Below are positions 9,853-18,974 of a DNA stretch of 60,401 bases, one piece after another. Made by a program: the position numbers and the translations under genes. A model generated the notes under the pieces. That model worked only from the letters and a program-made list of their open reading frames with translations, was not told the DNA's origin and searched no databases. Within the stretch, counting starts at the first letter, position 1; each line of letters opens with the position of its first letter. Source of the stretch: an uncultured Thermoplasmatales archaeon (GTDB taxonomy: Archaea; Thermoplasmatota; Thermoplasmata; Thermoplasmatales; GCA-001856825); assembly GCA_964389625.1 (NCBI GenBank), contig CAYMEF010000003.1, positions 1-60,401 on the forward strand, given 5' to 3'.

Positions 9853-11607
9853 ATGCACGTAGCTGTTATCGATTTCGACAAGTGCCATTTCAAGAAGTGC
9901 AGGCAGGAGTGCCAGTATTACTGCCCTCCGGTTAGGAACGAGGTAATGGCTGTCGATTTCATGGAGAGCGGCTACCCTCAGATTCACGAGGAACTGTGCA
10001 TCGGGTGCGGTATCTGTGCCCACAGGTGTCCTTATGAGGCCATCAAGATAATAGGTGTTCCGGAGAGACAGAATGGGAAAGAGGTTCACCGATACGGGAC
10101 AAACGGTTTCGTTCTCTACGGTCTACCGTCTCTGGAAATGAAGGGTGTTGTCGGAATACTTGGCCAAAATGGTACCGGTAAGTCAACGATACTCAACATA
10201 CTGAATGGTTCTATCGTTCCAAATTTCAACAAACCAGAAGGCAGCAAGGAACTTGTGCTCGAGCGCTACAAGGGAACGTACCTTGGAGATTATCTAAAGA
10301 GTGTGTATTCTGACAAGATCAGGATTTCGTTGAAGCCTCAGTATGTTGACTCCATATCGAAGCACTTTTCCGGAAAGGTGAGCGAATTGCTCAAGCAGTA
10401 CGGGGATGAAGCGAGATTGAAGCTGGAGGAGATGGGGGTGGGACGCATATACGACAAGGATGTGAAACACCTTTCCGGTGGTGAGCTACAGCTGCTGGCC
10501 ATAACCGCGGCACTCCTCAAGCCGGCAGACCTGTACTTCTTCGACGAGCCATCATCCTATCTGGACATTTCACAGAGACTACGTATAGCAGAGCTACTTA
10601 GGAAGATCGCAGAAAAGATGAAGGTGATAGTGGTTGAACACGACCTCGCAATTCTCGACTTCATGACAGACTACATATACCTCACATATGGGGAGCCGAG
10701 GGGATACGGTATTGTTAGCAACTCCTACGCAACGAGGCAGGCTATCAATACGTACCTCGAGGGGTACATAAAACAGGAGAACATGAAGTTCAGGGACTAT
10801 GAGATAAAGTTCTCTAAGAAGCCGCCGGAACTAGATAGGAGCCTAGTACCCTTCGTATCCTGGACAGCACTGTCAAAGGGATTTGATAATTTTCGTCTAA
10901 GCACGGAACCTGGGGAGCTCCGACAAGGACAGGTCGTCGGAGTTATCGGACCCAATTCTACGGGCAAGTCGACTTTCGTGAAGATGATGGCGGGCGAGCT
11001 AGCTCCAGACAATGGAGCGATTACGAACTCCGTCAAGACTTCTTTCAAGCCACAGAACCCAGAGTCAGATTTCCAGATGCCGGTGCTAGAATTCTTGGAA
11101 ACAAGCCTGGGAGACAGGGTATCAGAAAACCAGTTCAAGAATGACGTTCTGAGACCCCTGAACCTAGAGAGCATAGGAGACACTCAGGTATCGGAGCTCT
11201 CTGGAGGAGACCTCCAGAAGGTCTACATAGCAAAGACGCTAGGAAAGCAGGCCGACGTCTACATGCTAGACGAGCCATCGGCATATCTGGATGCGGACCA
11301 GAGGATGATCGTTGCAAGAATGATCAAGAGGTTCGCAGAGAACAACAAGAACGCGGTGATGGTGGTGGACCACGACATATACTTCATAGATCTGATATCC
11401 ACCTCGCTCATCGTGTTCTCGGGAGTTGGTGGAGAGCATGGGGTTTCCGTTGGTCCTCTCAACCTGAAGGATGGCATGAACCTGTTCCTCAGGAACCTTG
11501 GAGTGACATTCAGGCGGGACGAAAATACCCAGAGACCAAGGATCAACAAGACGGATTCGAAGCTCGACACCGAACAGCGGAGGATAGGGGAATATTACTA
11601 CTATTAG
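9853..11607 (+). CDS. rli: Ribosome recycling factor ABCE1/RLI
   Basis: N-terminal two [4Fe-4S] Cys clusters (C..KC..EC...CP; CIGCGIC..RCP), two Walker A motifs (GQNGTGKST, GPNSTGKST), LSGG signatures, C-terminal RPRINK...D.EQR..GEYYY. Confidence 0.96.
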   Translation: MHVAVIDFDKCHFKKCRQECQYYCPPVRNEVMAVDFMESGYPQIHEELCIGCGICAHRCPYEAIKIIGVPERQNGKEVHRYGTNGFVLYGLPSLEMKGVVGILGQNGTGKSTILNILNGSIVPNFNKPEGSKELVLERYKGTYLGDYLKSVYSDKIRISLKPQYVDSISKHFSGKVSELLKQYGDEARLKLEEMGVGRIYDKDVKHLSGGELQLLAITAALLKPADLYFFDEPSSYLDISQRLRIAELLRKIAEKMKVIVVEHDLAILDFMTDYIYLTYGEPRGYGIVSNSYATRQAINTYLEGYIKQENMKFRDYEIKFSKKPPELDRSLVPFVSWTALSKGFDNFRLSTEPGELRQGQVVGVIGPNSTGKSTFVKMMAGELAPDNGAITNSVKTSFKPQNPESDFQMPVLEFLETSLGDRVSENQFKNDVLRPLNLESIGDTQVSELSGGDLQKVYIAKTLGKQADVYMLDEPSAYLDADQRMIVARMIKRFAENNKNAVMVVDHDIYFIDLISTSLIVFSGVGGEHGVSVGPLNLKDGMNLFLRNLGVTFRRDENTQRPRINKTDSKLDTEQRRIGEYYYY

Positions 11608-11737
11608 AAACATTCAGAAGGGAAACTAAAGCAGGCACGGTCTAACCCTCCAAAAGAACCATGAGTTGACCGAAACTAAAAGTCTCAGTATCGCGAAGTC
11701 CACGGTATTCAAATTCTAGTTAAACACCTAACCTATT

Positions 11738-11992
11738 TCATTTTATGAATTCTTTACTTGAGAATTCTTCAATCCAAGATTTTATGAATGAAAGTGATGA
11801 CGAAAATCAGTAGAACTGGACATGAACTATGTGTTTGAGATGCATTTCCGAAGCTAAGAATGTATTCGATATCTGCCTCTTCAAGGACTTCCAAATGAAC
11901 TCGACCGGATCAGATCCGAAGAATATGATGGGCGATAAACGATGGATATATCCAACTCCGCTGCGTTCATGAGTGAAGTACCCCCACCGCAA
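11738..11992 (-). pseudogene. IS630-family transposase C-terminal relic
   Basis: Across one frameshift reads DISIVYRPSYSSDL/PVEFIWKSLKRQISNTFLASEMHLKHIVHVQFY*FSSSLSFIKSWIEEF, matching the IS630 LPPYSPDLNPIE.IW..LK motif; frameshift plus in-frame stop. Confidence 0.8.
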
Positions 11993-12122
11993 CCCAGATT
12001 CCCTTCTACAGCACCCTCGCCAACTCCTATCTGACCGAGGATTGAGTTTGGATCTTATGCCTGGGTTCTATGATGCCTACTTACCTAGCGATGACCATCT
12101 TTTAGAGGATTATGACCCGACA

Positions 12123-13385
12123 TCATTTGCCACCTGCCGGATATATTTGGTCGTTTTCCGCTTTCGTCCTTGGGTTCCCTAGAAAAATGATTAAGATGGC
12201 TGCGACAAAACTCACTATGGTCATGAGTATGAATGTGGAAGACCAGCTTGCCAGTCCAGAAAACACCAGTGTACCAACAATTTCTGCGCCTACTACCCCT
12301 CCGCTGTTTGCCCCAAGAGTAAACACCAACGCGTTAGATAGTGCCGAAGAACCTCCTGGTGTGTAGTCTGATGCGAGCGACAGGAAAAGAGGGAAACCGC
12401 TGAATGTGAAAAAGCCCATTAGTTCAATGAAAACTAGATTAGTTATCCCCACAGTTAGAATGAATCCCAGGATTGACAGAGCTGATCCAACCATTGCCAT
12501 TGCAAGGATAGCTCGCCTGTTAAACCTGTCAACTAGAAATCCCCAAACAGGTTGACCAATAATTGCAGCGGAATACATTCCAGTCAGCCTGAGGCCTAGC
12601 GATACGGAAACGCCAGCTCCCGTTTGTAGTGCAAGGTAGGTTGGCAGCCAGGCAGCAATTCCCTGTATGGCAAACGAGTTTGTGAACGCGATCACAGCTA
12701 ATAAAATCAGAGCCAACGAAATGCTGCTTCTTGCGGTTAGGGAAGAGTTATGGTTTACTTTCGGTCTCTCAAGTTTTGGGGGTGTTCTCCTCAGTCCTGC
12801 ACCTATGATTGTCGCTGCAATAATACCTATTGCGGCAAGGACAATAACCGAGCTGCTATAGTCGATCGTTAGCGCAAGTATTACTAGAACGGAAGGATAT
12901 AGCGCTCTTCCGAAACTACCGAATGCACCATTTATACCCAAAGCCTTGCCTGTTTTTTTCCCTCTGTAAGAGGATTGTAGTATGGATGCACCTATAGGAT
13001 GGTAAAATGCAGTACCCAGACCCGTTACCAATGCGGAAAGCAGAAAAAACTCATTAACGAACGGACTGAACTTATATTCAAGCGTTAGTGCGAAACCTAT
13101 AAGCCCTAAAGAGATAAGAATGAGCCCAACGCTTATGATTTGGCCCTTCTTCTCACTCTCGTCTGCCATCTTGGCGATCATCATTCCAAAAATTACAGAG
13201 GATGAATAGTAGACAACTGGGAACAGAATCAAAGCCAACGCTGAGACCAGTTTACCATCTGTAAATATCGCAATTAGTACCGGAACTATGAAAAAGCCTC
13301 CATCGTTTACGAAATGCCCCAGTGAGGTGTATATTAGACTTTTTGAGTTCTTTCCGTTCTGCTCTCCTTCGGCATATGAGTTCAT
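12123..13385 (-). CDS. MFS transporter (Fsr-like)
   Basis: ~12 TM; GHFVND, AFYHPIG, GFLVDRFNRR loop. Start placed at ATG 13385 (MNSYAEG) because the longer ORF-track start lies in the divergent promoter. Confidence 0.88.
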   Translation of the reverse strand: MNSYAEGEQNGKNSKSLIYTSLGHFVNDGGFFIVPVLIAIFTDGKLVSALALILFPVVYYSSSVIFGMMIAKMADESEKKGQIISVGLILISLGLIGFALTLEYKFSPFVNEFFLLSALVTGLGTAFYHPIGASILQSSYRGKKTGKALGINGAFGSFGRALYPSVLVILALTIDYSSSVIVLAAIGIIAATIIGAGLRRTPPKLERPKVNHNSSLTARSSISLALILLAVIAFTNSFAIQGIAAWLPTYLALQTGAGVSVSLGLRLTGMYSAAIIGQPVWGFLVDRFNRRAILAMAMVGSALSILGFILTVGITNLVFIELMGFFTFSGFPLFLSLASDYTPGGSSALSNALVFTLGANSGGVVGAEIVGTLVFSGLASWSSTFILMTIVSFVAAILIIFLGNPRTKAENDQIYPAGGK

Positions 13386-13397
13386 TGGTAATAGATA

Positions 13398-13434
13398 AGT
13401 AATTAATCTATAAATATTTAATCGATAAATTACT
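13398..13434. promoter_or_regulatory. Imperfect 37-bp palindrome in the divergent MFS/PadR promoter (candidate PadR operator overlapping TATA elements)
   Basis: AGTAATTAATCTATAAATATTTAATCGATAAATTACT; 14 of 18 arm positions pair, and it contains the perfect palindrome TAAATATTTA. Confidence 0.55.
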
Positions 13435-13445
13435 ATGCACATGAA

Positions 13446-13787
13446 ATGTTCGTACAGGAAAAGGTACTCAGGGGGATAACCTCGCTTCTCATACTGAGGG
13501 TGCTGTTAAAGGGACCTGCCCATGGATATGCCCTAGAAAAAGAGATATCACTGGACTTAGAGAGAGGGCTTCCAGGTGGTGAAATTTATGTCCTTTTGAA
13601 GAATTTGGAGAGGAAAAAATTAGTGCAAAGAGTAGGCACAGTCAAAGTAAGAGGCAGGCAGGTAACACAGTATAAAATGACCAACGAAGGAATAGAGTTT
13701 CTAAAGAGGCACGTTGAACCATTGGAAGTAGTAGACCGCATTCTCCATGGTCTTCTCGAAGACATCAAAGGGATTCAAAGTCTTTGA
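13446..13787 (+). CDS. PadR-family transcriptional regulator
   Basis: LLILRVLLKGPAHGYAL...GEIYVLLKNLE.K.LV...YKMTNEG winged-HTH pattern. Confidence 0.9.
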   Translation: MFVQEKVLRGITSLLILRVLLKGPAHGYALEKEISLDLERGLPGGEIYVLLKNLERKKLVQRVGTVKVRGRQVTQYKMTNEGIEFLKRHVEPLEVVDRILHGLLEDIKGIQSL

Positions 13788-14038
13788 CGTGAATGTTTAT
13801 CCATTGATAATTAGCTGAATACCTGCTAGTAGAGATTTTGGTATCCAGGACTTCGAGTATACCACTCTTCTCAATATCCTTGATACTAGTCTCCATCTCC
13901 CGATAGTGGAATAACCTCTCTGACGGGATTTACCTCCCCTTTGCCACTAATGCAATTCTCTAAGGCGTAAATAGTTCAGTATTTAACTATGCTATGAAGT
14001 TTTATTACTGATTAGTGGTTAGCGGAATGGGTGATTAA

Positions 14039-15331
14039 TTGCCAAGAAAAGTTGCAGCAGTGGCTGGGGGCTTGACTTATTTTTCCAAGGCTAGAAAGGA
14101 CAAGACTCAGGAGGAACTTGCCGCGGAGGCAGCAAGGATGGCTCTATTCGAGAATGACATAGATTTATCCAAGGATGACATAGATGGAACGATAGTTTCG
14201 TACTTTTCCGATCACTTCGAGAATCAACTTCTCTTTGGATCCATCATTCAGGACTACCTGGGGTTTAACCCCAAACCATCGATCAGGATAGAGGGAGGTG
14301 GAGCAACCGGCGGTCTTGCTGTGAGGGACGCATACGCGCACGTCGCCTCCGGACTTCTCGACGTGGCCATGGTCATTGGTTTCGAGAAGATGTCAGAGGT
14401 AAATACAGCAAAGGGGAACGAGTTCATTGCACTGGCTTCTGATACAGACTGGGACTTCCCGATCGGAGGATTCTACAGCGGATACTATGCACTCATGGCG
14501 AGAAGACACATGGAAGAGTTCGGTACAACAGAAGAACAAATGGCAATGGTCGCAGTAAAGAACAGGAACAATGCCCAGCACAACAAGTTTGCGCAAACCA
14601 ACCCGAAGATGAACCCACACGGAATGAAGGATGGTGGGAAGATCACCGTCGATGACGTTCTCAAATCCCCGTACGTTGCATTCCCGCTCAAGAGACTCGA
14701 CATCTGCCTGATGAGCGACGGGGCTGCCGTCCTGATACTTGCATCTGAAGAAAAGGCAAGAAAGATTACTGACACCCCGATCTGGATAACGGGCACGGGT
14801 GCAGGGACAGACGCAATGAGGGCCGGTGACAGGTCTAGAACGGTTGGAGGAGTACCGCTACTGCCACACGAGAAGAAAGAATGGTACAAGAAGCTCGAGT
14901 ACCCCGGAGTGCATTCTTTCCTTGCTGGCAGAGAATCCGCGAGACAGGCATACAAGATGGCCAACATAACGAATCCCCTCAAACAGCTCGATGTTATAGA
15001 ACTGCACGATGCTTATACGAGTAGCGAGATTCAGACCTATGAGGACCTAGGGCTCGCCAAATACGGTTTGGGTGGAAAGCTCGTTGAGCAAGGTGTTACC
15101 GCAATCGATGGCGATCTGCCTGTCAATCCGTCTGGAGGACTGATCGGAGCGATGCACGCCGTGGGAGCAACGGGCGTCATGCAGGCAGTAGAGATGCTAT
15201 GGCAGCTCCAAGGGGTCTCCGGGAAGTTCCACGGCTCCGACAAGACTCAGGTGAAGAACGCTGAACGTGGTCTCATACATTCACATGCAGGCACCGGAAC
15301 GTATGTGACGGCGACAGTAATGGAGAGGTGA
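14039..15331 (+). CDS. SCP2/archaeal-type thiolase-domain protein lacking the canonical nucleophilic Cys
   Basis: GFEKM, DGAAVLIL, ELHDAYT, VNPSGGL...HAVGATG; the expected E.ACASG motif reads EGGGATG. Confidence 0.88.
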   Translation: MPRKVAAVAGGLTYFSKARKDKTQEELAAEAARMALFENDIDLSKDDIDGTIVSYFSDHFENQLLFGSIIQDYLGFNPKPSIRIEGGGATGGLAVRDAYAHVASGLLDVAMVIGFEKMSEVNTAKGNEFIALASDTDWDFPIGGFYSGYYALMARRHMEEFGTTEEQMAMVAVKNRNNAQHNKFAQTNPKMNPHGMKDGGKITVDDVLKSPYVAFPLKRLDICLMSDGAAVLILASEEKARKITDTPIWITGTGAGTDAMRAGDRSRTVGGVPLLPHEKKEWYKKLEYPGVHSFLAGRESARQAYKMANITNPLKQLDVIELHDAYTSSEIQTYEDLGLAKYGLGGKLVEQGVTAIDGDLPVNPSGGLIGAMHAVGATGVMQAVEMLWQLQGVSGKFHGSDKTQVKNAERGLIHSHAGTGTYVTATVMER

Positions 15332-15783
15332 TAAGCACGACAGAAGTTTTTTCGATAGATCCTCTGATAATCAAGACGCCGTATGAGATAACGTACAAAC
15401 ACTCCTATGGAGGGACGAGCAAATTCTTCTCCTCACTACCTTCGGGGAAGCTTATGGCTACGAGGTGCGATCACTGCAAGACTACCTATCTTCCACCGAG
15501 AGCCGATTGCCCGCACTGCTTGCAGGAGACAAAGTGGGTCGAGATATCCGGAAAGGGTAAGATACACACGGTGACCACGCTCTATTTCTCTGGAGAGAGA
15601 TTCCTGAAGGATCTTCCGTTCCAACTGGTTTACGTGGAACTCGAAGGCGTCGACACGCTGTTCTTGACTAGGATCAAGACAAAGGACAGGAAAAAGGTAA
15701 GAGTCGGGATGAGGGTCAGAATGAAGATCTCGAGGGAGCCCGAGTTCCGGTCTTCCGACGTCTGGGCAGAACCGGAAGAGTGA
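15328..15783 (+). CDS. DUF35 Zn-ribbon/OB-fold thiolase partner
   Basis: CDHC...PPRADCPHC, SGKGKIHT, VRVGMRV; 4-bp overlap with the thiolase-domain gene. Confidence 0.9.
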   Translation: MISTTEVFSIDPLIIKTPYEITYKHSYGGTSKFFSSLPSGKLMATRCDHCKTTYLPPRADCPHCLQETKWVEISGKGKIHTVTTLYFSGERFLKDLPFQLVYVELEGVDTLFLTRIKTKDRKKVRVGMRVRMKISREPEFRSSDVWAEPEE

Positions 15784-15809
15784 CCCCAAACCATTCTGTC
15801 TTTTGAAAA

Positions 15810-15830
15810 CTGCAGGGGATTCCCCTGCAG
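15810..15830. repeat. Perfect inverted repeat between convergent genes (possible bidirectional terminator or processing hairpin)
   Basis: CTGCAGGGGA-T-TCCCCTGCAG, 10-bp arms. Confidence 0.6.
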
Positions 15831-15887
15831 AAATTGAACACGCTACAGACCGATGCGTTTTGCGTGGATGGAGATGCTAGCCCTGGC

Positions 15888-16724
15888 TCAGTATTTGTAG
15901 AATCCTTCTCCACTCTTTCTGCCGAGCTTCCCAGCCTCTACCATTTTCCTTAGTATAGGAGCTGCTCGGAACTTTGGGTCCTTGAATGCGTCGTACATGA
16001 CATCCATTATGTTCACAACAGTATCCAGTCCGATCAGGTCACCAAGCGTCAATGGGCCCATCGGAAAATTTCCACCAAGTTTCAACGCCTTGTCTATGTC
16101 CTCCCTAGTTGCTAGTCCCTCGGAGAATTCGAATGCCCCCTCGTTGACAAGCATCGCAATGACCCTTGTTGTAACGAATCCGGGAGAGTCGTTAACGACC
16201 ACGAATTCCTTCTTTACGCTCTTGGAATATTCTATCGCACGTTCCACCGATTGCTGAGACGTCTTCACTCCCTTGATTATCTCTATTAGGTTCATGAGTG
16301 CCACAGGATTGAAGAAGTGAATGCCCACGAATCTGCTCGGGTCTTTCAGGCTTGCCGCTAGGGACGTTATGCTGATCGAGGAGGTATTCGAGGCCAGAAG
16401 TGCATTCGGAGAGACAACACCTTCGATCTTCTTGAAGAATTCGACCTTGCTCTTGAGATTCTCCACTACTGCTTCTATAACTATATCGCAGCCAGAGAAC
16501 TCTTTCAGGTCCTCCGAATATGTTATCCTGGAAAGCACTTTCTCCTTGTCCTGCGAGATCAGTTTCTTTTCTATCAACTTGTCGAGGCTCTTCCCCATCG
16601 ATACGACAGCACGATCGTAGAACGCCCTGCTGACGTCTGTTACCACCACGTCGTTTCCCGATACGGCAGAAAGCTGCGCGATTCCGGAACCCATTATGCC
16701 TACTCCAACTACTCCTACCTTCAC
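15888..16724 (-). CDS. hbd: 3-hydroxyacyl(butyryl)-CoA dehydrogenase
   Basis: GVGIMGSGIA, IEAVVEN, SNTSS, HFFNP, PMGP...DLIGLD, GKLGRKSGEGFY. Confidence 0.93.
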   Translation of the reverse strand: MKVGVVGVGIMGSGIAQLSAVSGNDVVVTDVSRAFYDRAVVSMGKSLDKLIEKKLISQDKEKVLSRITYSEDLKEFSGCDIVIEAVVENLKSKVEFFKKIEGVVSPNALLASNTSSISITSLAASLKDPSRFVGIHFFNPVALMNLIEIIKGVKTSQQSVERAIEYSKSVKKEFVVVNDSPGFVTTRVIAMLVNEGAFEFSEGLATREDIDKALKLGGNFPMGPLTLGDLIGLDTVVNIMDVMYDAFKDPKFRAAPILRKMVEAGKLGRKSGEGFYKY

Positions 16725-17885
16725 CTAGATCACCTCCAGTGCCACCGAATAAGCACCGCCACCACCGTGGCATATGGTCGCGAGTCCCCTCGAAAGCTTG
16801 AGATCTTCAAGAGCACGCAGGAGGGTTAGGACTATCCTTGTTCCTGATACTCCGAGGGGATGCCCCAGAGCGATAGCTCCGCCTCTAACATTGAACCTGT
16901 TCCAGTCGATCCCCAGTCCGTCTCGAACTGCGATTGAAGCGACTGAAAATGCCTCGTTGTGTTCAACGAGATCAAAATCACCGATCTTCATTCCCACGCG
17001 CTTAAGTAGGTTCTTAACCGACGGAACCGGAGAGTATGGAAAGTCGGAAGGATCCATCGAGGTGGTGTCGAAACCAAATATCTTCGCCCTTTTTTCCATC
17101 GAATTTTGATGTATAAAATCCTCGTTGGCAAGAACCAAGGCCGCCCCTCCATCTGTTAGTTGAGAGGAGTTTCCAGCGGTCAGAACGCCATCTGGGGAGA
17201 ATGCGGGCTTGAGATTTTCGAGCGCTTCCCTGCTCGTTTCCCTTATTCCCTCATCGATGTCGAATCCCTTTATCGGGGCGATCTCCTTCTTGAAGTAACC
17301 GTTCTTTGTTGCCTGCGAGGCTCTCTTGAAGCTCTCAAGAGCATACTCGTCGGCCATCTCTCTGGTTATGCCGTGGTTCTTTGCCCAGTCATCCGCTATT
17401 GCACCCATGTGCTTGTTGTACTTGAAGTCCCAAAGACCGTCCTTTAGCATGGAATCCATTACCGGTCTGGACGCACTTAGACCCTTGTTCTCTCTCCTGA
17501 AACTCGAGTCCAGGAGGAAGGGTGCGTTGCTCATGCTCTCCATCCCTCCCACCACCATAACGTCCCTCTGCCCTCCCTTGATCTGGTAGTATGCATTGGC
17601 TATAGCCAGCATACCCGAGGCGCAAACCATGTTGACGGTGGATCCAGAGACCTCGACTGGAATACCTGCCGCTATTGCCGCCTGTCTTGCAGGGTCCTGT
17701 CCCAGTCCAGCTTCTATGACGTTCCCCATAACTACTTCTTCCACCTTCGCCGGAGGTATGCCAGCATTTTGAATAGCAGCCTTTATGGCAAAAGCTCCGA
17801 GGTCCACTGCACTGTACGAGGCCAGCGACTTCCCATACTTACCCAGGGGAGTCCTCATCCCCCCAGCAATGAAAACATCTACCAT
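16725..17885 (-). CDS. Acetyl-CoA C-acetyltransferase (classical thiolase)
   Basis: NMVCASG nucleophile, GGMESMS, NEAF, GHPLG, ICHGGG. Confidence 0.93.
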   Translation of the reverse strand: MVDVFIAGGMRTPLGKYGKSLASYSAVDLGAFAIKAAIQNAGIPPAKVEEVVMGNVIEAGLGQDPARQAAIAAGIPVEVSGSTVNMVCASGMLAIANAYYQIKGGQRDVMVVGGMESMSNAPFLLDSSFRRENKGLSASRPVMDSMLKDGLWDFKYNKHMGAIADDWAKNHGITREMADEYALESFKRASQATKNGYFKKEIAPIKGFDIDEGIRETSREALENLKPAFSPDGVLTAGNSSQLTDGGAALVLANEDFIHQNSMEKRAKIFGFDTTSMDPSDFPYSPVPSVKNLLKRVGMKIGDFDLVEHNEAFSVASIAVRDGLGIDWNRFNVRGGAIALGHPLGVSGTRIVLTLLRALEDLKLSRGLATICHGGGGAYSVALEVI

Positions 17886-18164
17886 ATTAAATACCTCTAA
17901 TCGAGCCAGTTACAACTCGTGCTTCCTGGATAAATCGATATTTTTCAGAGAGTGGAATAACAGGTGTCAACTGAATCTCTTCGAGATTTTTATCTCTGAT
18001 AAAAGCATTTAGAGGTTTGTAGCCTGACATCTGGACTTGTAAGATGGAATTCTATTCTCTAATTCGAACTATTGAGCCAGCATGCGATTTTAATCTTGAC
18101 ATAGGCAGAGACGCGGTAGGGAAATGGTTTAATAGCACCTAAAAACTTAAGTCAGAGGATAAAA

Positions 18165-18788
18165 ATGCCATTCATAGATGATCTCGCCCTGGAACTGATA
18201 ACGCTGGTAATGACCAGCGGTATCGTAGTCTACTTAACGGGGATTGCGTATCTGGAGTACAGGAGGAACGGGGGGAAGAACGTCCAGGAAACCCTCAGGC
18301 TTGGCATATTCCCACTGGGATTCCTGGGAGGCACGATGACCATTCTCGGCCTCTGGCAGGAGATGACGTGGCCGTTCCCCGGTGGAACATCGCTCTACAA
18401 CATTGCTTTTGGTGACGTTTACCTGATTTTCGGTATACTGCTTCTCTCGATGGTTTTCTCGCTTTCGATGAGACAGAAGCTGCAGGTCGTTGGATTCTTT
18501 TCACTTCTGGGTGGGTTGATGGCTTTCTACTACGGGTCCATCATATATTCTCAACACCTGACCAAGAGCCCTCTTGCAACCCTAGCGCTGTATGCATCTT
18601 TCGGCGTTGCTGGCGTATTCACCTATCCAGCCACGTATGCATTTGACTCTATGACCGATGGGAAGAAACCGGGGATGCTGTTCGGAATAACTCTCATAAT
18701 ACTGTGGCTTTTCTTCATATTTGCAGCAATCTTCGCGGCAGTAATAGGGGTACCTGCGGTGCTTGCACACATTCAGAGCACTCCTTAG
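18165..18788 (+). CDS. DUF981-family membrane protein
   Basis: FIDDL start, TWPFPG..LYNIAFGD motif, ~6 TM. Confidence 0.75.
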   Translation: MPFIDDLALELITLVMTSGIVVYLTGIAYLEYRRNGGKNVQETLRLGIFPLGFLGGTMTILGLWQEMTWPFPGGTSLYNIAFGDVYLIFGILLLSMVFSLSMRQKLQVVGFFSLLGGLMAFYYGSIIYSQHLTKSPLATLALYASFGVAGVFTYPATYAFDSMTDGKKPGMLFGITLIILWLFFIFAAIFAAVIGVPAVLAHIQSTP

Positions 18789-18974
18789 TTCTTTGATCTC
18801 TTCGCTTTCGAAATCGCTGCCTGTTCTTGAACAGTCGTCGCTCCCGTCTTTCGGGTTCAACAATTTGGAGAACCCCCTGTTTGAGCGGAGGTACGCTCTA
18901 TCCAGCATGGCCTGAGAGCGATTGGAAGTTACGTTTGCAGTTTGGGTCTGTCTCCAAGTAAGTGACATTTATAA

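Noticed and set aside
13790-13930. Possible further transposase fragment downstream of padR
   Set aside because: Only a vague resemblance in one short frame; not supportable
16192-16773. 193 aa alternative-frame ORF, and similar long overlapping ORFs such as 46955..47749 and 34033..34530
   Set aside because: They overlap well-supported genes, have atypical composition and show no motifs
18582-18968. 128 aa minus-strand ORF between DUF981 and lig
   Set aside because: Half overlaps the DUF981 gene antisense, with no recognisable motif
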